Below are positions 10,401 through 19,380 of a stretch of DNA of 64,000 bases, piece by piece. Each line of letters opens with the position of its first letter. The stretch's first letter is position 1. The DNA is taken from the NCBI GenBank assembly GCA_902780135.1, contig CACZEK010000005.1:130839-194838 (forward strand), given 5' to 3'. The notes beneath the pieces are model-generated. The model saw only the letters and a list, made by a program, of their open reading frames with translations. It made no database searches and was not told where the DNA came from. This stretch comes from an uncultured bacterium (GTDB taxonomy: Bacteria; Verrucomicrobiota; Lentisphaeria; Victivallales; UBA1829). A program made the translations under genes and the position numbers.

Positions 10401-11226
10401 CGGCAACGCCTACAAGTTCACGGACAAGGGCTATGTCGGCATCAAAGTCTCGTGCAAGATCAAGGAACAGGGCAAGTGCCGCCTCGCCATCGCCATCCGC
10501 GACTCCGGCATCGGCATCGCACCCGACAAAAAGCAGAAGATATTCGAACCGTTCGTCCAGCAGGACGCCATGCGCGACACGCACGTCTACAAGGGGTCCG
10601 GCCTCGGCCTCGCCATCTGCGACCGCTACATCAAAGCCATGGGCGGCAGGATCGACCTGGAAAGCGAAGTCGGCAAGGGCAGCATCTTCACCGTCGTCTT
10701 CGAGAGCATCCCGTACATCATCCCGACCGAGGAAGAGCGCGCCGCATCGAAGGCGGGCGGCGGCCCGGGCGGCGGCGAACTCCCCGCCAACATGTTCGGC
10801 GGTGCGGGAAAACAGCAGAAAACGGCTCCGAAAGTCGACCTGACCGGATACAATGCGCTCATCGTCGACGACGTGCCGATCAACCTGAAGGTCCTCGGCG
10901 CCATGCTGAAGGGATTCCACCTCAATATCGTTCAGGCGGGCTCCGGCGCCGACGCCCTGAAAAAACTGCCGGAAGCCAAACCGGACCTGGTCCTGTCCGA
11001 CATGTGGATGCCGGGCATGTCCGGCGAAGAGCTCGCTCGTGAGATCAGGTCGACTCCGGGCGGCGACAAGGTGGTCATCATGGCGGTGACGGCGGACGTC
11101 GAAAACCAGAACAACTTCGACATGTCCGTGTTCGACGGCATCCTCCTGAAGCCGGTCACGAAGGAAACGCTCGCGTTCGCGTTCCAGGAAATGATCGACA
11201 AGGGCCGGATCACGCCGAAGGGCTGA
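7486..11226 (+). CDS. Hybrid sensor histidine kinase / response regulator with a periplasmic solute-binding-like sensor domain
   Basis: Signal/TM segment, then an acidic run AQDEDEEEEA. An ABC-substrate-binding-like region, a TM segment and PAS/GAF-like segments follow. H-box SHELRTPLNAVIGF; HATPase motifs NLLGNAYKFT, DSGIGI, GSGLGLAI. C-terminal receiver domain ALIVDDVPINL...DLVLSDMWMPGMSG. Confidence 0.9.
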   Translation: MSISFSIIKLFLLKGFPSFRTGRRILLFPILLMIAAAPAFAQDEDEEEEAVFEEQPEPAGRQTVADTGTHSRDVFILFPFTASYAEHVFISNAISKHVATLDDSYVMKQKEFNILDTSQEEIRQRFNELKPELDNGKAAAVICIGQEFLPLLARNGDLIPEDVPVLLYTEKKPEETELGRKNIGGVILESPVERSLDLIFQVFPDTKRIIPLAGRTETGREYIREVEEILAKSHPGVECLVIDNRSVDTPEMIRRVSESGKGSAVLFHSWYGFDAMNLVSLSFFMERLCLNPDVPVFAVNDSMFAYPVAGGVICPSDAAIEKLIGLLDQALTTGIDLNAAWETVEGKRIITASSFQRFGISRRTNSNNLVVGMDSQSMFRRENAYALVAVTFSVVLTIALLGYIVVWDHYRRRLLKLLRAIFKQIPSRIVVGSRNGIAHFIHLGKFGEGSGVVHFPVSELPEYADETFRHAWDEVFATGETQKFQMATGSRHRAVEMALFEDKDIFGHETAFWISHDVEELLQAQNELKAGLENQKKLNDLFDASLKKLSADATAVDMTNDVLSLIVRSVKEHMKADYCCIMRYNYEKNGMEIFVSETSDKLSVDEKKHFIPFPEKKDDKLMARLQNRMPVVLNDFTASLFMRPEDAEQPDNKRPKKVSMCFSPVFIDGKLWGHLTAVYRKAKHEFSDQYLQFLQGTAHVVEAMLEYRFIHSKLERGEYEKQLIMENLPLPLILLDRELNLIQRNSAAQKDLLDFPDSLRNKLCHTVFCKAGAPPEDCPVRGVLADHKPHVKSLEFGGKDYMVHAYPILIGGELANILLAWFDMTAENETQRKLETALREAKDASKAKSLFLASMSHELRTPLNAVIGFCELLQNNALSRESQLEYLKSISVAGHTLLDLISNILDTCKLETEQIELQNEKTDVHKILTDMVGMFKSLAEKKQLAQPLVMPDDMPFVVLDRMRLRQVLVNLLGNAYKFTDKGYVGIKVSCKIKEQGKCRLAIAIRDSGIGIAPDKKQKIFEPFVQQDAMRDTHVYKGSGLGLAICDRYIKAMGGRIDLESEVGKGSIFTVVFESIPYIIPTEEERAASKAGGGPGGGELPANMFGGAGKQQKTAPKVDLTGYNALIVDDVPINLKVLGAMLKGFHLNIVQAGSGADALKKLPEAKPDLVLSDMWMPGMSGEELAREIRSTPGGDKVVIMAVTADVENQNNFDMSVFDGILLKPVTKETLAFAFQEMIDKGRITPKG

Positions 11227-11419
11227 CCGGGGGTTCTTTGCGGGCCCCCGCCCGCGCCCTGCCCGCCGCACCGCGGGCGCTTTCCCGTCCCGCTGACGCG
11301 GATCCGCACCGCCCGGCTGACATGTCCCCGCGTGCCCGGCTGTTCGCTGCCGGGCTGAATTCTCTGCCGCGCAAAGCGTTCTGTCCCGCCCGTCTTTCAC
11401 GGTTTAGGCGGTTCTCCGC

Positions 11420-11448
11420 TTGCATTTCCTTTTTCCGCGTGCTATATT
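11420..11448 (+). promoter_or_regulatory. sigma70-like promoter upstream of the aminotransferase gene
   Basis: TTGCAT (11420-11425), 17-nt spacer, TATATT (11443-11448), 34 nt before the ATG at 11482. Confidence 0.45.
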
Positions 11449-11481
11449 ATTGTTTACTAATCAGAAAGGACACCGCACGCC

Positions 11482-12723
11482 ATGTCACAGGAAAACTTCC
11501 TTCAGCAGAATTTCGCCGTCAGAATCGGCGGTTCCAACTTCGGAAAAGACACCAAGATCTACAAGTTCGAGAAGATCAAGCGCGCCAAACGCGCCGCCGC
11601 CGCCGAAAATCCCGGCGTCGAGCTGATCGACATGGGCGTGGGCGAACCCGACGACATGGCGTTCCCGTCCGTGGTCTCCCGCCTCGCGGAAGAAGCCGCG
11701 AAATGGGAAAACCGCACCTACGCCGACAACGGCTGCGCCGACTTCAAGGCGGCGGCCGCCCGCTATATGAAGGCGCTGTACGGCGTCGAGCTGGATCCCG
11801 ACACGCAGATCGTCCACGCCATCGGCAGCAAGTCCGCCCTCACGCTGCTTCCCTCCTGCTTCATCAATCCCGGCGACATCGCCGTCCTGACCGTCCCCGG
11901 CTACGGCGTCCTCGGCACCTGGACCGAATACCTCGGCGGCGAGGTCGTCAAGCTCCCGCTCCTTGAGGAAAACGGGTTCCTGCCCGACCTGGACGCCCTC
12001 ACGGAAGACCAGCGCAGACGCGCCAAACTGCTCTACCTGAACTATCCGAACAATCCGACCGGCGCGTCCGCCACCGTGGAGTTCTTCACGAAGGCGGTCG
12101 AATTCGCCCGTCAGAACCACATCCTCATCGTGAGCGACGCCGCCTACGCGCCGCTGAACTTCACCGGAAAGCCGCTGAGCATCCTCTCCATCCCCGGCGC
12201 GTTCGAGTGCTGCGTGGAGCTTCACAGCATGTCCAAGGGCTTCAACATGACCGGCTGGCGTCTCAGCTGGGTCTGCGGCAATCCGCTCGCCGTGAAGGCG
12301 TTCGCGACCGTGAAGGACAACGCCGACAGCGGCCAGTTCCTCGCGATCCAGAAGGCCGCCATCGCCGCGCTCGACGACCAGGCCGCCATCACGCCCGCGA
12401 TCTGCGAGAAGTACCACCGCCGCCTCGCCAGCATGGTCGAGACGCTGAAGAAGCTCGGCTTCAACGCAAAAGTCCCCGCCGGCAGCTTCTACCTCTACGT
12501 GAAAGCGCCGAAGGCGACCGCCGACGGCACGCAGTTCGAAAACGGCGAGGCGTTCAGCCAGTGGCTCATCCGCAACAAGCTCATCAGCTCCGTGCCGTGG
12601 GACGACGCCGGGCACTTCGTCCGCTTCAGCGCCACCTTCGTCGCGCGCGGCGGCATCGAGGATGAAAAGCGTGTCCTGGACGAGTTCGCGCGCCGCCTTG
12701 CCGACTGCAAGTTCGTTTTCTGA
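11482..12723 (+). CDS. PLP-dependent class I aminotransferase, LL-diaminopimelate aminotransferase (DapL)-like
   Basis: IDMGVGEPD, NYPNNPTG, and the PLP-lysine motif SMSKGFNMTGWRLSW. The N-terminal KIYKFEKIKRAK segment and about 410 aa length resemble DapL. The exact substrate cannot be fixed by eye. Confidence 0.8.
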   Translation: MSQENFLQQNFAVRIGGSNFGKDTKIYKFEKIKRAKRAAAAENPGVELIDMGVGEPDDMAFPSVVSRLAEEAAKWENRTYADNGCADFKAAAARYMKALYGVELDPDTQIVHAIGSKSALTLLPSCFINPGDIAVLTVPGYGVLGTWTEYLGGEVVKLPLLEENGFLPDLDALTEDQRRRAKLLYLNYPNNPTGASATVEFFTKAVEFARQNHILIVSDAAYAPLNFTGKPLSILSIPGAFECCVELHSMSKGFNMTGWRLSWVCGNPLAVKAFATVKDNADSGQFLAIQKAAIAALDDQAAITPAICEKYHRRLASMVETLKKLGFNAKVPAGSFYLYVKAPKATADGTQFENGEAFSQWLIRNKLISSVPWDDAGHFVRFSATFVARGGIEDEKRVLDEFARRLADCKFVF

Positions 12724-12765
12724 GCCGCGGACAGCGACCCGTTCACACAAGGAGCCGGTTTCCCG

Positions 12766-13470
12766 ATGCACGCGTTCCGTTTCGACGACCTCGCCCCGGC
12801 GGAACCCGGCTCTTCTTTCCGCCTCGATTCGAGGGAGGAAGCCCACCTGTTCCGCATTCTCCGGGCGCGTCCCGGCGAAACGGTCGCGGTCATGGACGGA
12901 CACGGCACGCTCGGAACGGCAGTCGTGGAGGCGGACCATCTGCTGCGCCTGGAATCGAAGCGCACCGCACCGCCGCCCGCGCGCCGTCTGCATCTCTACT
13001 TCGCGCCGCCGAAAAAGCAGAAGCTCGACGCGCTGCTGAAACAGGCGGTCGAGCTCGGCGTGCATTCGCTCGTGCCCGTCCTCTGCGAACGCTCCGTTGC
13101 CCAGCCGGGCGAAAACTCCGTCGCGGGGCGCTGGATGGACCTCCTTTTTGAGGCATGCAAACAGTCCGGCAACCCGTTCCTCCCCGCCGTCGCAAACTCG
13201 ATGCCGTTCGCGGCGGCGCTCGCTCACGCCCGCGGGACCTGCGATGCGCTGATCGTCGGCTCCAACCGCACGGGCGTCTTCCCCGAACTCGGGACCGCCT
13301 CGGACGTCGCGTTTTTCGTCGGGCCGGAAGGCGGGTTCACGGACGCCGAGACCGAGGCGATGCTCGCCGCCGGGGCCGCTCCGCTGAGGATCGGGGACTG
13401 GACGCTCCGCGTGGAGACCGCCGCGGTCGCGGGGCTGGGCGTGCTGAACGTCCTTATGAATCGCGGGTGA
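12766..13470 (+). CDS. rsmE: 16S rRNA (uracil1498-N3)-methyltransferase
   Basis: AHLFRILRARPGETVAVMDG, KLDALLKQAVELGV and FVGPEGGFTDAE are RsmE family hallmarks. AAGGAG RBS upstream. Confidence 0.85.
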   Translation: MHAFRFDDLAPAEPGSSFRLDSREEAHLFRILRARPGETVAVMDGHGTLGTAVVEADHLLRLESKRTAPPPARRLHLYFAPPKKQKLDALLKQAVELGVHSLVPVLCERSVAQPGENSVAGRWMDLLFEACKQSGNPFLPAVANSMPFAAALAHARGTCDALIVGSNRTGVFPELGTASDVAFFVGPEGGFTDAETEAMLAAGAAPLRIGDWTLRVETAAVAGLGVLNVLMNRG

Positions 13471-13500
13471 AAACCGACAAGTCCAGCGGGATAATCAATC

Positions 13501-13593
13501 TGTGCCGTTGCGAAGCGAGGCACATCCGCAGTGGAGGCTTTTGCCTCCTGTCCGAGCGAAGCCGGACACTACTGCAGTTGAGGCTTCGCCTCA
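13501..13593. repeat. Cluster of four tandem hairpins, two with a GCGAAGC core (REP-like / bidirectional terminator)
   Basis: tgtgcc-gttGCGAAGCga-ggcaca (13501-13524); ggaggc-tttt-gcctcc (13532-13547); tgtccg-aGCGAAGC-cggaca (13548-13568); tgaggc-ttc-gcctca (13579-13593). Lies between convergent rsmE and the phosphoesterase gene, and overlaps the latter's 3' end. The first hairpin matches the reverse complement of 43609-43634 at 22 of 23 positions. Confidence 0.6.
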
Positions 13594-14699
13594 TCGGGCT
13601 TGCGCAGAATGATCTCCGTGATCTCGGACGGGACGCCGAGGCGGAACATGAATCCGTTCCACAACCCCGCGCCGCTGCTCACGTACAGCGTCATGCCGTC
13701 CACCTGATACATGCCGGAGACGAATCCCTTGTTTGCGATCTTCACCAGCAGGGCGGGCAGTCCGGCGATCATGCCGCCGTGCGTGTGCCCGGAAAGCTGA
13801 AGCGAAATCGGATATTTGGCGTAATCGCGCGCGAAACGCGGCTGGTGCGACAGCAGGACGACCGGCGCGCCTTCGGGCGCTCCGGCAAGCGTCTTGTCCA
13901 GGTCGGGCGTCTCCCGTCCCGCATGCCACTTGCTGCTCTTGTTGTCGTCCGGCAGACCGGCGACCACGAGCCGCGCGCCGTCTTTTTCGATCACGACGTG
14001 CCGGTTGAGGAGCGTTTCGATGCCGGCGGAGTCGAGGAAGGCGATCCACTCGTCGAGTCCGCGGAAATACTCGTGGTTGCCGGGCGAGGAGTAGACGCCG
14101 TATTTCGCGTGCAGGTCGCCGAGCTGGTGCATGTGCGGCCTGATCTCGTCCGGCTTCAGGTCGCCCAGGTCGCCTCCGAGCAGGATCAGGTCGGGATGCA
14201 CGGCGTTTGCGCGGCAGACGATGGTCCAGAGGTAGAGTTTCGAGCTGGTCCTGCTGATGTGCGTGTCCGTGATGTACACGATGCGGAATCCGTCGAACGC
14301 ATCCGGCAGGTTCCGGACCGTGACCGTCACGGGCTTGACCGCGGGCGGGCGCACCGCGCTGATCTCGCCCCAAAGCGCCAGGGCGCCGGAGAGGGCCAGG
14401 ATGACCGCGATGCTGTATTTCTGGTTCGGGATGCGGCGTTTTTTGAGGTGCATGACGAGCAGTGCCATGTCCCGCAGGAAAAAGAACGGCGTGGAAAAAA
14501 CGAGGACGCCGGAACACCATGCGGCGGGCAGAAGCGCGGCACGGGGGAGGATCCCGGTGAAAAGCACGACCTGGACCCCGATGGACAGAAAGAAAAGCCC
14601 CAGCGCGATGAACGGACGGATCCGTCTGCCGACGGGCAGGGACAGCCCGATGCTGCACGGAGCGTAGGCAAGAGCCAGCAGAAGCACTATGATCCACAT
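13569..14699 (-). CDS. Membrane-anchored metallophosphoesterase (YkuE/YaeI-like)
   Basis: N-terminal TM helices, then the calcineurin-like motifs ITDTHIS, GGDLGD, GNHEY and LSGHTHGG. I prefer the ATG at 14699; the ORF track's start at 14726 is a TTG. Confidence 0.85.
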   Translation of the reverse strand: MWIIVLLLALAYAPCSIGLSLPVGRRIRPFIALGLFFLSIGVQVVLFTGILPRAALLPAAWCSGVLVFSTPFFFLRDMALLVMHLKKRRIPNQKYSIAVILALSGALALWGEISAVRPPAVKPVTVTVRNLPDAFDGFRIVYITDTHISRTSSKLYLWTIVCRANAVHPDLILLGGDLGDLKPDEIRPHMHQLGDLHAKYGVYSSPGNHEYFRGLDEWIAFLDSAGIETLLNRHVVIEKDGARLVVAGLPDDNKSSKWHAGRETPDLDKTLAGAPEGAPVVLLSHQPRFARDYAKYPISLQLSGHTHGGMIAGLPALLVKIANKGFVSGMYQVDGMTLYVSSGAGLWNGFMFRLGVPSEITEIILRKPDEAKPQLQ

Positions 14700-14797
14700 G
14701 ATGAACGGTCCCTGAAAAAATGGCAAAACATCCGCCCGGAAAGAAGCGCGGCGCGGGATTTTCTTTAATTTAGACGCATTTTCTTTTTTTTCAAGGT

Positions 14798-14825
14798 TTG
14801 ATTTTTCGATTTTCCATTGTATATT
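14798..14825 (+). promoter_or_regulatory. sigma70-like promoter for the MBL-fold hydrolase gene
   Basis: TTGATT (14798-14803), 16-nt spacer, TATATT (14820-14825), in an AT-rich intergenic region. Confidence 0.45.
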
Positions 14826-14879
14826 GTAGGAAAAACGTTTTTAACTTTTCCGCAGGACCCCAGACCAACGAGGTGCGAT

Positions 14880-15746
14880 ATGAAGAAATTCCTGACCGCC
14901 GTCGCCGCCATCATGTGCGCCGGAGCCGCGGCGTATGCCGCAGACTCTCCCGACGTGAAAAAATTCACGTTTGCCAACGACGTGGAGGTTTACGCCATCC
15001 GCGACAAGAATACGACGATGAAGGCATCCCTCTTCACCGACTACACCAAGACGTCTTCCCTCAAGAAGGAAGACCTGAAGAAGGAATACCCGGCATCCGT
15101 CAACTGCTTCGTGATGCGATGCAATTTCAAGACGTTCCTCATCGACGCGGGCAACTACGACCCGAAGGGATCGCTCGTCACCAAGCTCGCGACCATCAAC
15201 ATCCGCCCGAAGGCGGTCGACTACATCCTGATCACCCACCTGCACCCGGACCATGTCGGCGGCCTCATCGACAAGGACGGCGGGGCGGTTTTCCCGAACG
15301 CAAAGGTGTACGTGTCCTTCGATGAATGGAAACACTGGAGCCCGATCATCGCCAAGCAGAAACCCACCGAGCTTCTCCGCCAGTTCCGCGACGCTTACAA
15401 CGGACGCATCCAGACGCTGAACCCCGGCGAGCCGGTCGTGCCCAAGCAGGTCTACGCGGTGAAGGCGGCCGGACACACCCCCGGACACTGCTTCTTCCGC
15501 CAGGGCAAGCTCCGCTTCGTCGGCGACATCGTGCACGCGGTCGACCTCCAGATCGAACACCCCGAGTACTGCGCGTCGTTCGACAGCGACCAGAAGCAGG
15601 CATACCAGACCCGCGTGTCCTTCCTGGAGACCATGAGCAAGGAAGGCTGCATCGTGTTCGGCGCGCACATCCCGTTCCCCGGCGTCGGCTATATCATGAA
15701 GGAAGGCAACGGTTTCAGATTCGATCCGTATCAGCCGGGGAAATGA
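14880..15746 (+). CDS. Exported MBL-fold metallo-hydrolase (lactonase/beta-lactamase superfamily)
   Basis: Start at ATG 14880 (GAGGTG RBS) gives the signal peptide MKKFLTAVAAIMCAGAAAYA. HxHxDH motif ITHLHPDHVGG, later GHTPGH. Confidence 0.85.
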   Translation: MKKFLTAVAAIMCAGAAAYAADSPDVKKFTFANDVEVYAIRDKNTTMKASLFTDYTKTSSLKKEDLKKEYPASVNCFVMRCNFKTFLIDAGNYDPKGSLVTKLATINIRPKAVDYILITHLHPDHVGGLIDKDGGAVFPNAKVYVSFDEWKHWSPIIAKQKPTELLRQFRDAYNGRIQTLNPGEPVVPKQVYAVKAAGHTPGHCFFRQGKLRFVGDIVHAVDLQIEHPEYCASFDSDQKQAYQTRVSFLETMSKEGCIVFGAHIPFPGVGYIMKEGNGFRFDPYQPGK

Positions 15747-15830
15747 TGCGGACAGGACGGAAAAACGGCTGAAACAGCGCATTTTTCCCGAAAAGCCCGT
15801 ATTTTTTCCGTTTTTTTGGCGATTTGCTAT

Positions 15831-15858
15831 TTGCATTTCTCAAGAAATCCGGTATAAT
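15831..15858 (+). promoter_or_regulatory. sigma70-like promoter for the prepilin-type gene
   Basis: TTGCAT (15831-15836), 16-nt spacer, TATAAT (15853-15858). Confidence 0.5.
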
Positions 15859-15962
15859 ATATAATGCGCGACGTTTCCTTGGAGATATTGCGCCTTGATT
15901 CCCGAACAACGACATACAAACATAACATAGGCAAACAACACCAATTGAAAGGCAAGCTCAAA

Positions 15963-16841
15963 ATGAAACATTGCAAACAGGCGTTTACCCTCATTGAGCT
16001 GCTGGTCGTCATCTGCATCATCGCGATTCTGGCGTCCATGCTGCTTCCCGCTCTGCAGAGCGCACGTGAGAGCGCGAGCACCGCGACCTGCGTCAGCAAC
16101 CTCGGACAGTTCTCCAAGGCATACCAGATGTACGCCACCAACTTCAACGACTTCATGCCCAACCTCACCGCCACCCAGAGCGGCGGCAGCTGCACCTGGG
16201 AACGCGCCCTGATCGAGGCGCTCGGCCAGGACTACAACAACTCCCCCTTCAAAAAGTCCTTCTTCTGCGACGCCGACTCCTCCAGCGACGACACCTCCAC
16301 CGACGCCTACGGCATGCCGAAGAAGAAATCCTACAGCGTCAACAACCTGAAGGACGTCATCCATCCCCGCATTCCGCTTACGCTCGGCCCCGGCGGCAAG
16401 GAAGAAACCTCCAGCTCCGGCGAAGGCTACATCAGCGGCAACAAGACGACCTCCGTCTATACCGCTTCCGACCTGATCGTCATCGGCGAAAACGTTTCCA
16501 AAGGCAACAGCTTCGGCGCCGCCAGCTTCAGCACCTCGGATTCCGACGCGAACAGCCCGGGTTCCGCCAGCCCCGCACAGCAGCAGGTCTCCCTCTACAA
16601 GCGCCTCACCTCCCACACCACCGCCGGCGAACTCTACCTCGACGGCCATGCCAAGCACATCAAGCCGCAGCAGACCCTCCCCGCGCAGGAAGGCCTCCAG
16701 CTCGCCCAGAAGTACCAGTACTCCGACTCCGGCCCGACCGGCTGCGCCACGGAAGGACTGGGAAGCTGGACCGATTGCCCGAAGCGCAAAACCGGCAACA
16801 GAAGTTGCCCCGGCGATTCCACCTGCCACAAGAAAAACTGA
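15963..16841 (+). CDS. Prepilin-type N-terminal cleavage/methylation domain protein (DUF1559-like)
   Basis: Start at ATG 15963. [38 protein letters not shown] is a classical type IV pilin-like leader plus helix. The C-terminal [17 protein letters not shown] resembles the H-X9-DG motif (spacing here is 8). This family is hugely expanded in PVC bacteria. Confidence 0.85.
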   Translation: MKHCKQAFTLIELLVVICIIAILASMLLPALQSARESASTATCVSNLGQFSKAYQMYATNFNDFMPNLTATQSGGSCTWERALIEALGQDYNNSPFKKSFFCDADSSSDDTSTDAYGMPKKKSYSVNNLKDVIHPRIPLTLGPGGKEETSSSGEGYISGNKTTSVYTASDLIVIGENVSKGNSFGAASFSTSDSDANSPGSASPAQQQVSLYKRLTSHTTAGELYLDGHAKHIKPQQTLPAQEGLQLAQKYQYSDSGPTGCATEGLGSWTDCPKRKTGNRSCPGDSTCHKKN

Positions 16842-16906
16842 TTTCCCGTTTGCCTGCGGGACTCTTCGGATTACAGCGTCCCGCAGGTGGCACATACGCT
16901 GTTCAG

Positions 16907-16942
16907 GCGGTTTCGATCCGTGTTCGAAGCCGCTTTTTTTTT
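16907..16942 (+). terminator. Rho-independent terminator after the prepilin-type gene
   Basis: gcggtttcga-tccgtgt-tcgaagccgc (9 of 10 bp paired) followed by T9 (16934-16942). A perfect 10-bp hairpin cctgcgggac...gtcccgcagg precedes it at 16853-16887. Confidence 0.65.
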
Positions 16943-16968
16943 CACTCTTCCCGATCAGGAGGTCCAAC

Positions 16969-18423
<1,455 letters not shown>

Positions 18424-18488
18424 ACCCCGTCCGCATTCAGCATGCCCTGATCTTTTTCAGGCGGACTGAACCGCATTCAGACCATCAA

Positions 18489-18523
18489 CGGGTCCGGGTT
18501 GAAAAGCCCGGGCCCGTTTTTTT
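18489..18523 (+). terminator. Rho-independent terminator after the AKR gene
   Basis: cgggtccggg-ttgaaaag-cccgggcccg (10 bp, one G-U pair) followed by T7. Confidence 0.7.
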
Positions 18524-18568
18524 GCGGAAATGTTCTTTTATTTTTAAGAAAGAAAGCGGAAAAACGGC

Positions 18569-18596
18569 TTGATTTTGCGCCGAAAGACTGTATATT
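18569..18596 (+). promoter_or_regulatory. sigma70-like promoter for thyX
   Basis: TTGATT (18569-18574), 16-nt spacer, TATATT (18591-18596). Confidence 0.45.
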
Positions 18597-18653
18597 GATG
18601 CTGAACTTCATTCAAAACAAAAACCATCTCCTCAAGCGGAAGGAACGACTGAA

Positions 18654-19355
18654 ATGGCTCTGACACACGTGAACGTGCCCCCGGAAAATCATGTGAAAGT
18701 ACTCGACGGACAGGGCTGGGTAGGACTGATCGACACCCTCGGAACCGAAACCACGATCGTGAACGCCGCGCGCGTTTCGTTCGGCAAGATCCGCCAGGAA
18801 ATGGACGAGCGGGACGTGGCGCTGCTGCACTACCTGATCGAAAACCGTCACACGAGCCCGCTGGAGCACATCGTCTTCACGTTCAGCGTGCACTGCCCGC
18901 TCTTCGTGCGCGGCCAGTGGCACCGCCACCGCACCTGGTCGTACAACGAGATCTCGCGCCGCTACACAGAGATCGACATGGAGTTCTACGTGCCGCCGAA
19001 ACTCCGCAAGCAGGCGGAGAACAACCGCCAGGCGTCCGTCGCCTGCGAGGACTTCGACGACGCCGCGCTCCGCGAGCTCATCCGCGCCCAGAACGAACAG
19101 TCCCTGAAGGCGTACCAGGCGCTGCTTGATGCGGGCGTCTGCCGCGAACAGGCGCGCGGGGTGCTCTCCCAGAACATGATGGTCACGTTCTGGGGCACGG
19201 TCGACCTGAGCAACCTGATCCATTTCCTGGAGCTGCGCGACAGCGACCACGCCCAGTGGGAGATCCGCGAATACGCGAAGGCGATCAAGAAACTGATCAA
19301 GCCCGTGGTCCCGCACGTGGCGGAATACTACGAATCCAAGGGCGAAGTCTGGTGA
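18654..19355 (+). CDS. thyX: FAD-dependent thymidylate synthase
   Basis: RHTSPLEH and the ThyX signature RHRTWSYNEISRRY. About 230 aa. Confidence 0.93.
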   Translation: MALTHVNVPPENHVKVLDGQGWVGLIDTLGTETTIVNAARVSFGKIRQEMDERDVALLHYLIENRHTSPLEHIVFTFSVHCPLFVRGQWHRHRTWSYNEISRRYTEIDMEFYVPPKLRKQAENNRQASVACEDFDDAALRELIRAQNEQSLKAYQALLDAGVCREQARGVLSQNMMVTFWGTVDLSNLIHFLELRDSDHAQWEIREYAKAIKKLIKPVVPHVAEYYESKGEVW

Positions 19356-19380
19356 CGCGCTCTCCGCACGGAGCGTCTGA

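Noticed and set aside
7489-11400. 1303-aa ORF on the minus strand spanning the whole histidine-kinase gene
   Set aside because: It is perfectly antisense to a gene with clear H-box, HATPase and receiver motifs. Its translation is Arg/Asp/Glu/Val/His-rich with no motif, which is the typical stop-poor shadow frame of high-GC DNA.
15963-16841. Calling the prepilin-type protein a true pilin or part of a type II/IV secretion operon
   Set aside because: It is monocistronic, with its own promoter and terminator. No pilus-assembly genes lie nearby. The DUF1559-type family is massively paralogous in PVC genomes, so no system is inferred.
16648-16968. N-terminal extension of the AKR ORF back to 16648
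   Set aside because: The extension overlaps the prepilin-type gene and crosses two terminator hairpins. The ATG at 16969 has an AGGAGG RBS and yields a textbook twin-arginine signal.
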